A DNA stretch of 59,394 bases, the filler included. It is 6 parts of 6 records of this genome, joined end to end, with 100 filler letters (N's around TTAATTAATTAA, not from the genome) between each part and the next. Parts side by side here need not be neighbours in the genome. Positions count along the whole stretch, not along the records: positions 11,363 to 18,241 come from SRR31156797_14140; positions 18,342 to 24,355 come from SRR31156797_14147; positions 24,456 to 43,848 come from SRR31156797_14151; 3 more parts are not named here. One strand, 5' to 3'. The position numbers and the translations under genes were made by a program. How positions within the stretch are numbered: position 1 is the stretch's first letter; each line of letters opens with the position of its first letter. The notes under the pieces are model-generated. The model worked only from the letters and a program-made list of their open reading frames with translations, was not told where the DNA came from and searched no databases. Below are positions 16,605 to 26,179 of the stretch, one piece after another.

Positions 16605-16859
16605 TTATACTTTTTTATCTGCAACATAATCCATAATAGTGTTGTCATCTAGAAACCCCGAAACTTTATAAAGTTCAATTACGTTAATTTTTAGAATTCT
16701 CGCAATTCTCATCAAAGTATCAGGTTTTGGAAATCTTTTATCATTTTCAATTTGCGACATTCGTGCTTTTGAGATTCCGTGTATTGCAAAATGCCCTAGT
16801 GAAAGCCTTCTTTCAAGCCTTTGTTTTTTAATGTACGTACCCACCGTGATTTTTTCCAA
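16605..16859 (-). CDS. XRE-family HTH regulator
   Basis: GTYIKKQR...GISKARMSQIEND..PKPDTLMRIARIL; AAGGA RBS before TTG. Confidence 0.88.
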   Translation of the reverse strand: MEKITVGTYIKKQRLERRLSLGHFAIHGISKARMSQIENDKRFPKPDTLMRIARILKINVIELYKVSGFLDDNTIMDYVADKKV

Positions 16860-16910
16860 AACAATCAGTCCTTTTTGCTAGATTCTTAAAAGTTAATTAT
16901 ACCAAATAAA

Positions 16911-16965
16911 ATTACTGAAAAAAAGGAAAAAGTTATCAAAAAGTTATCAAAAGATTACTGAAAAA
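16911..16965. repeat. Short direct repeats: ATTACTGAAAAA x2 flanking tandem AAAAAGTTATC x2
   Basis: Read directly in the divergent intergenic region; another AAAAAGTTATC lies at 17053-17063. Confidence 0.6.
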
Positions 16966-17024
16966 GTTTCAATCCCTATTTTTCAACGATTCATTCTATC
17001 AATATTATAAAGGAGATTTTGAAA

Positions 17025-17207
17025 ATGTCAAACTTAAATAAAGAAAAAATCAAAAAAGTTATCACTTTAGTAAAAAAAACTGAAAACACTGATAAAGAAT
17101 TTCTGAAAGTATACAGACCTCAGCTTAAGGAAATGAGTGAAGAGGAGCTTGATTTAGAAATTAGATTATTAGAAAAAGAGATTGCAGAAATGAAAGTTCA
17201 GGTATAA
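17025..17207 (+). CDS. Small charged helical hypothetical protein
   Basis: AGGAG RBS 9 nt before ATG 17025; followed by a terminator. Confidence 0.65.
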   Translation: MSNLNKEKIKKVITLVKKTENTDKEFLKVYRPQLKEMSEEELDLEIRLLEKEIAEMKVQV

Positions 17208-17231
17208 AAAATTATGTCTTATAATTAGTCT

Positions 17232-17269
17232 AGGCCAGAATGAAGTTCACTTTCAATCTGGCCTTTTTT
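17232..17269 (+). terminator. Intrinsic terminator
   Basis: AGGCCAGA...TCTGGCCT followed by a T run. Confidence 0.75.
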
Positions 17270-17298
17270 AATCACCAAGCAACACCGCAAGCAGACAA
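17269..17298. repeat. Degenerate copy of a CCGCAAGCRGAC element (IS200/IS605-end- or REP-like)
   Basis: 24 of 30 nt identical to 18212-18241 in the same orientation. Confidence 0.5.
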
Positions 17299-17346
17299 GC
17301 TATGATATAACAGAAAATCACTGCTATAGTTTCAAACTATCGTTTT

Positions 17347-18114
17347 TTAAAATTCAACAAAATATTCTCCTAATATTTTACGGTACGTTCCATCTGCTTT
17401 CATTTCTCTAATAGTTATATTAATCTGATCAATTTGATTAGCTAAAACAGATTTTTTCGACACTCCATAATACAGTGTTAATTTTGTCAATGGCTTTTCT
17501 GCACGTTTTATATTTTCAGAACCCTTAATTTCAGATAACAAATTTTGGGCAACCGAAAAAAATAAAGGTGTTATTTCAATTCTTTTTTTTATTAATTTAT
17601 TTATATTCAATTCATCATTTCTTACTTTATCAATCTTATAGTTATATTTTTGAACTGCCTCATCCCACTCTTTTGAGAATTGATATCCCCTGACAATACC
17701 AATATTATATGGCTCTAAATCTTTCCACTCTTCCCACTGGAAATCTTCTAATACTTCACTATTATAATATAAATAGACCGGATCTACATATATTGGATCA
17801 GTAAAAATCATATATTCTATTCGATCAATATTTTTCGTAAGCATAGGAATAAGATCACTATCACCACTTTTAATATTTGATAATGCTCTTGCCCAAGGTA
17901 CTGTATCTAATTTCATTTTGTAGTTTAGTCTCTCTAATAGTTCTTTTGTTAGATCTACCGCTAACCCTTCTGTAACATTTTGCTTTTTTTCATCTAAAGC
18001 TATCTCTCATGGCGGCCAGTGTTCTACGACAACAGAAATTTCTTTTGTATGAATATTTTGAATTAATAAATTAAACAATATCAATAAATAAATAAAATTT
18101 ATTATTTTCATCAT
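17347..18114 (-). pseudogene. Family 3 solute-binding protein interrupted by an in-frame TGA
   Basis: GAGGAG RBS, ATG 18114, signal peptide, EHWPP*EIA (TGA at 18009-18007), then the same frame continues through GLAVDL..VPWARAL..GIVRGY. Confidence 0.8.
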
Positions 18115-18211
18115 AGTAAACTCCTCTTTAACAATACTAAATGTAACTTAGTTAATTAATTTTGATTCCAGTCTTAAAAGTCCTTTCATTGAAATAATAA
18201 AAATTCACTTG

Positions 18212-18241
18212 TAATCACCAACCCACGCCGCAAGCGGACGG
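18212..18241. repeat. CCCACGCCGCAAGCGGACGG element truncated at the contig end
   Basis: GC-rich motif in AT-rich DNA; the contig breaks inside it; second copy at 17269. Confidence 0.5.
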
Positions 18242-18341
18242 NNNNNNNNNNNNNNNNNNNNNNNNNNNNNNNNNNNNNNNNNNNNTTAATTAATTAANNN
18301 NNNNNNNNNNNNNNNNNNNNNNNNNNNNNNNNNNNNNNNNN
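18242..18341. other. Artificial contig spacer
   Basis: N run with TTAATTAATTAA. Confidence 0.98.
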
Positions 18342-18635
18342 TTGGCAAGCAAGCACACGAATCGGTGAGGTCCCTTATTGTGGGATAGCCAGAACATAAT
18401 TACCTGATTACCCGAGTGGCATCATTTGCCCCATAGACCGACCATCTATGCCAACGTTTATTAATTTTTCGGCCTCAATCACATTTTATCTTTTGTTTGT
18501 GCGAATAGGGTTTCCTTTTCAGGAGATCTGAAAAATGGTAATTCGATGTCTATGTTTAACTGGTTTGCAGGCGAAAAATAAATTATACTGGAACATCTGC
18601 AACTATCATTGAAACTGCGTCCACAATAGCTCACG

Positions 18636-20276
18636 ATGAAAAAGACAACCAAAGTGAAAGAGATAGAGCGGCTTGAGAAAACTGTCGTCGAATTACGCCA
18701 GACAATCGATACCCTGAAGCAATCCAGCGAAGCCAAATTGAAGCAGATTGCTGAAAATCTTCCCGAAGGAGGATTCTATCAGTTGGTACACACTCCAGAC
18801 GGAAGGCGTTATTGTTCGTATGTCAGTGAACGTTACGGGCGTTTGTTCCAAACAGACAACGAACTGATTAAAAAAGACGTCAATGTGCTCTATAATATGT
18901 TTTTTCCTGAAGACGTAGAACGTGTGGTGCGTTTGGAGAAGGCATCCCTCGAACGTATGGACAGGTTCGATTTGGAAGCCCCTATGCGTTTACCGAACGG
19001 TCAGATCCGATGGTTCCAGTGGCATTCCAAACCAGAGCGTTCAAACAATGGCACTTGCGTCTGGAATGGCGTCTGCCTCGATATCACGCGGCGGAAAAAG
19101 GCGGAAGAAGCGCTTCGAAAAATGCGAGATGATCTTGAAATTCAAGTGCAACATCGAACCGCAGAAATGTTGAGGACAAACAAAACCCTTGAGGACGAAA
19201 TTGAGAACCGCAAACAAGCGGAAAAGAAGCTGAGCAAAGCGCTATCGGAAATTAATAAACTAAAGAACCAACTGGAAGCCGAGTGCACTTACTTGGGTGA
19301 AGAAATAAAGCTGATCCATGACTATGGCAATATCATTGGCGAGAGCGAAGTGATGAAGTATGTGTTGTACAGCATGGAGCAGATTGCACCGACCGATACT
19401 ACTGTTATGATTCTAGGCGAATCCGGCACCGGCAAGGAACTCATCGCAAGAGCACTCCATCACAATAGCAAACGAAAGGAAAGGCCGCTTATCAAGGTAG
19501 ACTGTGCCGCCTTGCCCGCCAACTTAATCGAATCTGAGCTTTTCGGTCATGAGAAAGGTGCGTTCACTGGCGCGATGGAGAAGCGGATTGGGCGATTCGA
19601 ACTGGCAAACGGTGCCACAATTTTTCTGGACGAAATCGGCGAATTACCATTGGGGTTGCAGCAAAAATTACTACGGGTTCTTCAGGACGGCGAATTTGAG
19701 CGATTGGGAAGTGCTAACGTGATGCAAACCGATGTCCGCGTCATTGCAGCGACCAATCGAGACCTTGAAGCGGATGTTCGTGATGGAAATTTCAAAAAGG
19801 ATCTCTGGTATCGATTAAATGTATTGCCAGTATCCCTCCCACCACTTCGAGACCGTGTGGATGACATTCCTGCTCTCGTTGAACTGATCATTAGCAGATC
19901 TCAACGACGGCTTGGAAAACACATTAAAACCGTTCCCAACGAAGTCATGAAAGAACTTAGAGCCTATCCCTGGCCTGGAAATGTCAGGGAACTGGAAAAT
20001 GTGATTGAACGGGCCGTTATCTTCACGAAGGGAAACAGTCTGAGGTTGGCCGCACCACTGACAAAAGCTATAACTGCCCAAGACAATAATCAACACCTTG
20101 CACCCATGAAGACGCTTGCCGATATGGAAAAAGAGTATATCCTGAGAGCACTGAACCAAACCCACTGGAACGTAGCCGGCAAGGGGGGGGCCGCCGATCT
20201 GCTCGGACTGAATTCCAGTACTCTTCGAGGACGGATGCGTAAGCACGATATCCGCCGGCCATCCAATAATTCCTGA
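18636..20276 (+). CDS. Sigma54-dependent activator (PAS, coiled coil, AAA+, Fis-type HTH)
   Basis: GESGTGKE, ESELFGHEKGAFTGA, FLDEIG, WPGNVRELEN and a C-terminal HTH. Confidence 0.95.
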   Translation: MKKTTKVKEIERLEKTVVELRQTIDTLKQSSEAKLKQIAENLPEGGFYQLVHTPDGRRYCSYVSERYGRLFQTDNELIKKDVNVLYNMFFPEDVERVVRLEKASLERMDRFDLEAPMRLPNGQIRWFQWHSKPERSNNGTCVWNGVCLDITRRKKAEEALRKMRDDLEIQVQHRTAEMLRTNKTLEDEIENRKQAEKKLSKALSEINKLKNQLEAECTYLGEEIKLIHDYGNIIGESEVMKYVLYSMEQIAPTDTTVMILGESGTGKELIARALHHNSKRKERPLIKVDCAALPANLIESELFGHEKGAFTGAMEKRIGRFELANGATIFLDEIGELPLGLQQKLLRVLQDGEFERLGSANVMQTDVRVIAATNRDLEADVRDGNFKKDLWYRLNVLPVSLPPLRDRVDDIPALVELIISRSQRRLGKHIKTVPNEVMKELRAYPWPGNVRELENVIERAVIFTKGNSLRLAAPLTKAITAQDNNQHLAPMKTLADMEKEYILRALNQTHWNVAGKGGAADLLGLNSSTLRGRMRKHDIRRPSNNS

Positions 20277-20286
20277 ACCGCCATAA

Positions 20287-20317
20287 GTCATATTTGACCT
20301 GTTAGGTTATATATGAC
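20287..20317. promoter_or_regulatory. Paired palindromic upstream activator sites (GTCATATATGAC consensus)
   Basis: GTCATATTTGAC at 20287-20298 and GTTATATATGAC at 20306-20317, about 100-130 nt upstream of the -24 box. Confidence 0.6.
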
Positions 20318-20414
20318 GTTTTCTTGCTTTTGGTTTTTCCCCACGCTCTTCCTAAAGTAGACATTATTTGTACCATTCCAAGTTGTTATAAATTGTCCAA
20401 AATAAACGCCGTCC

Positions 20415-20431
20415 TTGGCACCGTTTTTGTT
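20415..20431 (+). promoter_or_regulatory. Sigma54 -24/-12 promoter
   Basis: TTGGCAC-CGTTT-TTGTT has the correct spacing, with GT instead of GC at -12. Confidence 0.65.
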
Positions 20432-20474
20432 ATCTCTATATGAAAAATCAATTTAAAGATATTGAAGCACCATC

Positions 20475-20798
20475 GTGGAAATACTATTCATATCCATCCA
20501 TCCTCATCGGGCCAAAAGCAAAGAACTGTTGAGAGCCTGCCATATGATATCGGACCAGACACACGAAGTCCCCGGATGCATGGATAGTCGGGTACGGGCT
20601 GATATCGGTGAGGAAGATACCATCCATCTCGAACAGCATTGGAGTGAAAGGCATTTGCTCGACGACTATTTTCGATCCGAACATTTCAGTGCACTGCTGG
20701 GTGCCATGAAGCTGCTGGCCATCAATTATGAAATTGCTTTAAATGATGGAACACCGGAGCATGCGAAGGTGGAGATTAAGAGCGCCAGAGGCCCATGA
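20475..20798 (+). CDS. Antibiotic biosynthesis monooxygenase (ABM)-family protein
   Basis: PGC...EQHW.....LDDYFRSEHFSALLGAM pattern. Confidence 0.75.
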   Translation: MEILFISIHPHRAKSKELLRACHMISDQTHEVPGCMDSRVRADIGEEDTIHLEQHWSERHLLDDYFRSEHFSALLGAMKLLAINYEIALNDGTPEHAKVEIKSARGP

Positions 20799-20862
20799 AT
20801 CGATCTGGTGATGTAAGAACTCATCCATCAACCCATATCACATTAAAACAAGGAGGATTAAC

Positions 20863-22461
20863 ATGTTGAAAAAAAGGACAATTATAACTGCAGGCGCAGC
20901 TGTCATTCTGGCATTTTTTGTTGCCGGAAATGCGTTTGCCAAAAAACAGATCATTCATGATGCCGAATTTCAATTGCTTCAGGAGCAATATGGCGAGAAG
21001 TGGGCGGCAGAAGATAAGGAAATCGATCAGAAATTGGAAGCACTTCTCCAAAAGCATGGTAAACGCCCAAATATCATTCATATCATATGGGATGATATGA
21101 AATACGGGGCCATCGGTCATCCGATGCTTAATAATGTGACGGGATACAAGTCACCCAACATCAACAAGCTTGCAGAAGAAGGAATGGCTTTCACCCGCAT
21201 GTATACCGAGCCTTCTTGCACCCCTACTCGTGTAGCGAGAATGACAGGCCGACAACCAGTTCGCAGCGGCATGATCTTGCCGATCTTTCCCATTCAGCGC
21301 ATGGGGTTGCCTGGTTCCGAAGTAACGCTTGCTGAAGTGTTTGACGATGACTATAACACGGGATTTTTTGAAAAATCACATTTCGGAGATCAGGAAGAAT
21401 CCTATTTGCACAACCAGGGTTATGACGAAGCCATCTTCACCCTTTACAATCAGTTTGCCGGTCAAGCATTCACCCCTGAGTTGGAGGATATGGGGATAAC
21501 GATAGGCTGGGAACGGGACGCATGGGACCATCATGCCCTTGATCAAAAGTTTCGCCCGACCGAATGGTTGTGGGCTGTAGAAGGATTTGAAGGGCAAAGG
21601 GGCAAAGAAGTCGCCACACCGAGAACAACCAAGGAATACCACGATTTCAACAAAATGGCCTATAAGCGTGTACTGGCATTTATTAAAAAGCACGCAGGGG
21701 ATGACAAACCCTTTTTATTGGACTGGTGGCCCAATCTGATAGAATTTGATAATCCTGAAAACAAACCCAAGCAAACACCACACGGGTCACCCAGCGCAGA
21801 GAGCTTTTATCGCTTTGACAAAAAGGTTGGAGAAATCGTTGCCTTGATTGAGGAATTGGGCATTGCAGACAACACCCTCATCGTATTGATGGGTGACAAC
21901 GGACCCATGGAACCGATCTGGCCCGATACCTTCCAAAATCCGGGCATCTTCCGTGGCGGCAAAAACGATTTTCTGGAAGGCGGCGTGCGCGTGCCCGCAT
22001 TTGCCTACTGGCCGGAGGTAATCGAAAAGGGGACTGTGGTGCACGACATGGTGCATGTGGCTGATTTGTTTACGACCTTTGCCCGTCTGGGCGGGAAAAT
22101 GGATGCCATCCCCAGAGATCGCGTCATCGATGGGATCGACCAGACAGCGTTGTTGCTGAAAGGTGATGGACACGGCCGCCGGGATCATGTTTTCATCTAC
22201 CAAGGTCCGGTGCTTTCCGCAGTTGTAAAGCAGCAGTACAAACGACACTTTGCTGGTGCTGCCCCTGGATTGGCTGGCAAGGGATTCTTTGACCTTGAAA
22301 AAGATCCCCGGGAAGAGCATCCCATGATGGCTCAATTCCTCTGGGCCTGGCCTGCGTTCGATCAGATGAAAGAACGCCATGAGGCTCAAATCAAAGAATA
22401 CCCCCATACGCCGGTTGCCACAGGGGAACCTTATACGGGTGTCGATCGTATGCAACGTTAA
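20863..22461 (+). CDS. Secreted formylglycine-type (Cys) sulfatase
   Basis: Signal peptide; PNIIHIIWDD, CTPTR (CxPxR), MTGR, GDNG and EGGVRVP motifs; AGGAGG RBS. Confidence 0.92.
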   Translation: MLKKRTIITAGAAVILAFFVAGNAFAKKQIIHDAEFQLLQEQYGEKWAAEDKEIDQKLEALLQKHGKRPNIIHIIWDDMKYGAIGHPMLNNVTGYKSPNINKLAEEGMAFTRMYTEPSCTPTRVARMTGRQPVRSGMILPIFPIQRMGLPGSEVTLAEVFDDDYNTGFFEKSHFGDQEESYLHNQGYDEAIFTLYNQFAGQAFTPELEDMGITIGWERDAWDHHALDQKFRPTEWLWAVEGFEGQRGKEVATPRTTKEYHDFNKMAYKRVLAFIKKHAGDDKPFLLDWWPNLIEFDNPENKPKQTPHGSPSAESFYRFDKKVGEIVALIEELGIADNTLIVLMGDNGPMEPIWPDTFQNPGIFRGGKNDFLEGGVRVPAFAYWPEVIEKGTVVHDMVHVADLFTTFARLGGKMDAIPRDRVIDGIDQTALLLKGDGHGRRDHVFIYQGPVLSAVVKQQYKRHFAGAAPGLAGKGFFDLEKDPREEHPMMAQFLWAWPAFDQMKERHEAQIKEYPHTPVATGEPYTGVDRMQR

Positions 22462-22706
22462 TGTCAATTGCTGCGATTCAAAAGCCTGGGGATAAGGATA
22501 TCCCCAGGTTATCTGATAACGGCACTACACCTTCTGGGCGACAAAATGGTTGTCCAAATTTGAACAATAAAACAGGATAACATTCCCACATATCAGGAGG
22601 GGCGACAGGGTGAACATTGTGTCGCCTTTCTCGCCAAGAAAAAGACGGTGCTCTGAAAAAAATCATACAACACTAAAACATTCCCCATGGATTGCCGGAG
22701 ACTGCC

Positions 22707-23537
22707 ATGACCCGCAAAATTGCTTTTATTTTCATATTTGTTTTTATTTCATTCTTTTTTTGTAATATCGCCATTGCGCAATCGGTATCGGAAAATGGCG
22801 GGCCGTCTTCAGCCGACGCTGCGGCGCAAGCCAACAACCCGCTGGCCAACATGAAGGCATTCAACCTGCAAAACTACTATATTGGTGAACTGACCGAATC
22901 CGATGAAAACGCCAACCAGTTTTGGATGCGGTACGCCCAACCCTTCTCCATTGCAGAAACCGACTGGCTGATGCGGGCATCACTACCCGTCATGACCTAT
23001 CCAACTCCTCCTGATGCCAGTCATGATACAGGCCTTGGTGACTTTAATATTTTTGCCGCCTATTTGTTTGACATGCCCAATCCGGCACTCAGTGTCGGCC
23101 TTGGGCCGCAGATTACGGCACCGACAGCAACCGAAGACGCGCTGGGTAGTGAGAAATGGTCTGCAGGCCTGGCCCAGATTACCTTTGATGCCAGAAATCC
23201 CAAGTATCAATATGGTTTCTTGCTGACCTGGCAAGCCAGCTTTGCCGGGGAGGACGACCGTGACGACGTCAATGTGGGCGCTTTTCAGCCTTTTTTCTTT
23301 TACCAGCTTGGCGGCGGCACCTATCTTAGGTCCGCCCCAATATGGGTGTACGATTTTGAAAACGACGGCTACAGCGTTCCCCTCGGTTTAGGTATCGGGC
23401 AGGTGCTGAAAAAAGGGAGTACGGTATTCAACTTTTTTGTGGAACCCCAGTATTCAGTGGCGGATAATGGCGCTGGTTATCCGGAATGGCAAATTTTCTT
23501 TGCCATGAATATGCAGTTTGCTGGTTCTAAACAATAA
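22707..23537 (+). CDS. Putative outer-membrane beta-barrel protein
   Basis: Signal peptide; ANNPL, GLGD and LGSEKWSAG motifs; alternating beta strands; terminal MQF. GGAG RBS before ATG 22707. Confidence 0.65.
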   Translation: MTRKIAFIFIFVFISFFFCNIAIAQSVSENGGPSSADAAAQANNPLANMKAFNLQNYYIGELTESDENANQFWMRYAQPFSIAETDWLMRASLPVMTYPTPPDASHDTGLGDFNIFAAYLFDMPNPALSVGLGPQITAPTATEDALGSEKWSAGLAQITFDARNPKYQYGFLLTWQASFAGEDDRDDVNVGAFQPFFFYQLGGGTYLRSAPIWVYDFENDGYSVPLGLGIGQVLKKGSTVFNFFVEPQYSVADNGAGYPEWQIFFAMNMQFAGSKQ

Positions 23538-23573
23538 ATTGGGGCACAAACAAAGACGTGAAAGCGGGGGGCT

Positions 23574-24355
23574 ATGCAACAAAAATCACGGAAAAAAGAA
23601 CGCTTTGCCGGGCTATCACGCCGCAGCTTCATCAAAACGACCGCACTTACGCTCGGGGCCATTGGTGTTGGTTCGCGCTATAAACCCAAAGTGGTTAACG
23701 CTTCTGAAAAGTCAGCAGGGCTGTCCCTTGCCATGGCTGGGTACAATTTAGACCGCACCAGGGCGCTCTTTGACGGAAGGGTCAAAGTAGACAGGTGTGA
23801 CTTTCAGATCGAGGAACAGGGCATCGGCCCACTGAACACCCATGTGTTCAGTGGGCCACAAACATTGGATGTCACTGAAATCGGCCTGCACCCTTTTATG
23901 CTTGCCTATGCCAATGAAGGTTTCAGGGATTACTCGCTGCTGCCGATTTACCCGATACGCGTCTTCCGGCACAAAAGCATATTCATCCGTACCGATCGGG
24001 GAATTAAATGGCCTGAAGATTTGCGTGGGAGAAAGGTGGCAACGCCAGGCTTTTCCTCGACCTCCCTGACCTGGCTGCGCGGCATAATGCAACATGAATA
24101 TGGCCTCCGCCCCGAAGAGATCCAGTGGTACGTATCGGCCAAGGACTCGTCTGCAGAGGCCGCCGGCAAGGTGTCGAAACAGGAGAGCGTGGTACCCAAA
24201 GGCCTCTCCGTCAGCAAAGGGCCGGAGGGAAAAGATGAATCGGATATGCTTGAATCCGGTGAGGTGGACGCACTGTTTCACGCTGCCGAGCCAAGGGCCT
24301 ACATAGAGGGCCATCCCAAGATCGCCCGGCTTTTCCCCGATTTTCGAAAGACCGA
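23574..24355 (+). CDS. Tat-exported type II periplasmic-binding-fold protein (4,5-dihydroxyphthalate decarboxylase-like), truncated
   Basis: SRRSFIK Tat motif; DRTRALFDG, RVFRH, PEDLRGRKV and WLRGIM motifs. Confidence 0.75.
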
Positions 24356-24455
24356 NNNNNNNNNNNNNNNNNNNNNNNNNNNNNNNNNNNNNNNNNNNNT
24401 TAATTAATTAANNNNNNNNNNNNNNNNNNNNNNNNNNNNNNNNNNNNNNNNNNNN
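24356..24455. other. Artificial contig spacer
   Basis: N run with TTAATTAATTAA. Confidence 0.98.
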
Positions 24456-24532
24456 ACGCCTTCATGGCGCAGAAACAGGTGTTTTCCGGTTTAAAGGTTG
24501 TTTGAAGCGGGGCAAAAGACCGCCTTGTATCC

Positions 24533-24587
24533 AAAAAAAAGCTACGACCGCCCTTCTCCTTTTCTAGGATATAGCGCCTTCGTGGCT
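24533..24587 (-). promoter_or_regulatory. Leader terminator element, copy 1 (AGCCACGAAGGC...GTCGTAGC-U8)
   Basis: Lies downstream of TTGACA-N17-TAAAAT (24680-24652). A further truncated 5' arm CGCCATGAAGGCG is at 24469-24457. Confidence 0.6.
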
Positions 24588-24662
24588 ATGATTATAATTA
24601 TGAATAAATTATGAATAAATTATGGACATTCCATCCATATAATTTCATTATATTTTATGGTA

Positions 24663-25475
24663 TCAGCTAAGTCTTGTCAAGGGTTTTTGTTGAAAAAAAC
24701 TGATGAGTTTTTCAAGTTCGATGGCGTAAGGCCGTGCATCCAGAGGTTTTCCCTCAAGGCATACCGATTGAATATGGCCATGATGCTCCATGACGCCGAT
24801 CACCGGAACCCCCAGTTCATCCAACTTGGTCTCCATCAAGTTTTTCTGTTCACCGGACGTGATCTTGTTCAGGATGACGCCTTGAAAACGGGCGCCGGAC
24901 GTCTGGGTCAACGCCATGACCTTTGCTCCGAGGGATATGGATTCCAGAGAGGGTTCAACTACACCGATCACAAGATCAACGCCGGTTTCCACGCCTCTTC
25001 CGAAATGCTCTACGCCGGCTTCCATGTCCACCAAGACGATTTCATCGGATGCGGGTTGGAGTTTTTTAAGGAACTCCCGGGTCACGGTTCCCATGGGGCA
25101 GGCGCACCCTTCCATGGCCTGATGAATTTTCCCGGTGGCCGCCAATGCAACGCCGTTTTTTCGCACCACGAATCCGGACGGAATATCATGGGTAGCAATG
25201 CCCGCCTTCTCCCATATGCTCATGGCCGGTTCGCTTTCGCCGGCGGAAAATTTTGCGATCATCTTTTTTTGAACGCTCTTTTTCCCCCCTACCAGATCCA
25301 TGAGCGGTTGCGGCGGCTGTTCAAAGCCCAGCATCCAGAATAAGCTTGAATTGGATTCATCTGAATCCAAAACGAACACCTGTTTGCCGCTACGATTGAA
25401 TGTACCCGCCAACAATGCCGTGATGGTGCTCTTTCCACTTCCCCCTTTGCCGCACAAACATATCTTCATAGTCAA
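24663..25475 (-). CDS. cooC: CooC/AcsF-like nickel-insertion ATPase
   Basis: GKGGSGKS, DSDESN, GKIH...GCACP and DMEAGVEHFGRG motifs. Confidence 0.8.
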   Translation of the reverse strand: MTMKICLCGKGGSGKSTITALLAGTFNRSGKQVFVLDSDESNSSLFWMLGFEQPPQPLMDLVGGKKSVQKKMIAKFSAGESEPAMSIWEKAGIATHDIPSGFVVRKNGVALAATGKIHQAMEGCACPMGTVTREFLKKLQPASDEIVLVDMEAGVEHFGRGVETGVDLVIGVVEPSLESISLGAKVMALTQTSGARFQGVILNKITSGEQKNLMETKLDELGVPVIGVMEHHGHIQSVCLEGKPLDARPYAIELEKLISFFQQKPLTRLS

Positions 25476-25498
25476 TGCCTCCTTCTAAGGTTTTATAA

Positions 25499-26104
25499 TC
25501 ATGAATATTTATCTGTAAAAGGGTCCTTACCGTTCGGGAACATGGCGGAAAATGCCTCCGAAGCCCCGAGTTCCTGAAGGGTGCAAAAATGCATTCCCTT
25601 TTTGGAGCCTGTCATCATGAGGGGTTTTGCCTTTTCAATATCGAGGCCGCCATCCGGTTTCAGGACATCATCGTCCACCTCAAGACTGAGAACCTTGCCT
25701 ACAAGAAGTACATATTGCTCTTCCTCCAATTCCCTTTGAAGTTCGCATTCCATCCAGGCGTAGCACCCCGCAATCCCGGGTGGTTCAACCAATCGAGAGG
25801 ACTTTTCGTCCAGGCCCGCCGCTTCGAATTCATCCACTTCAGGAGTGCTGTACCGGGCCGTGGGGATCACTTTATCCTGCATGGCCACTCCCGCCAGATT
25901 CAATACAAACTGCCCGGTCTCCCTTATATTTACCAGGGTATCCCGTTTTTTGGCGGATGCCGCGCAGATTAGCTCCAGAGGCCGCAATATGGGCATTACA
26001 CAGGACCAGGGCGCAATATTTCGAATGCCCTCCCGGCTGATGGTGGAGATAAATGTCACGGGCAGGGGCATCAATCCTTCACGCATAAACGGTTTTAGAA
26101 GCAT
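25499..26104 (-). CDS. Flavin reductase-like FMN-binding protein
   Basis: PLPVTFIST..NIAPWS, DTLVNIRETGQFVLN and WMEC motifs; AAGGAG RBS places the start at 26104. Confidence 0.88.
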   Translation of the reverse strand: MLLKPFMREGLMPLPVTFISTISREGIRNIAPWSCVMPILRPLELICAASAKKRDTLVNIRETGQFVLNLAGVAMQDKVIPTARYSTPEVDEFEAAGLDEKSSRLVEPPGIAGCYAWMECELQRELEEEQYVLLVGKVLSLEVDDDVLKPDGGLDIEKAKPLMMTGSKKGMHFCTLQELGASEAFSAMFPNGKDPFTDKYS

Positions 26105-26124
26105 GATATTCTCCTTTCTCTCGC

Positions 26125-26179
26125 AAAAAAAAAGCCACGAAGGACTCTCCCCCCTATGGAGGATGTCGCCTTCGTGGCG
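26125..26179 (-). promoter_or_regulatory. Leader terminator element, copy 2 (CGCCACGAAGGCG...CCTTCGTGGC-U9)
   Basis: Perfect 10-bp stem ending about 20 nt before the start codon; promoter TTGACA(26295-26290)-N17-TACAAG upstream. Confidence 0.7.

Noticed and set aside
18007-18009. UGA recoding (Trp code or selenocysteine)
   Set aside because: Other genes in the contig use TGG for Trp with no internal TGA, the TPR gene ends in TGA, and the site is not a Cys position.
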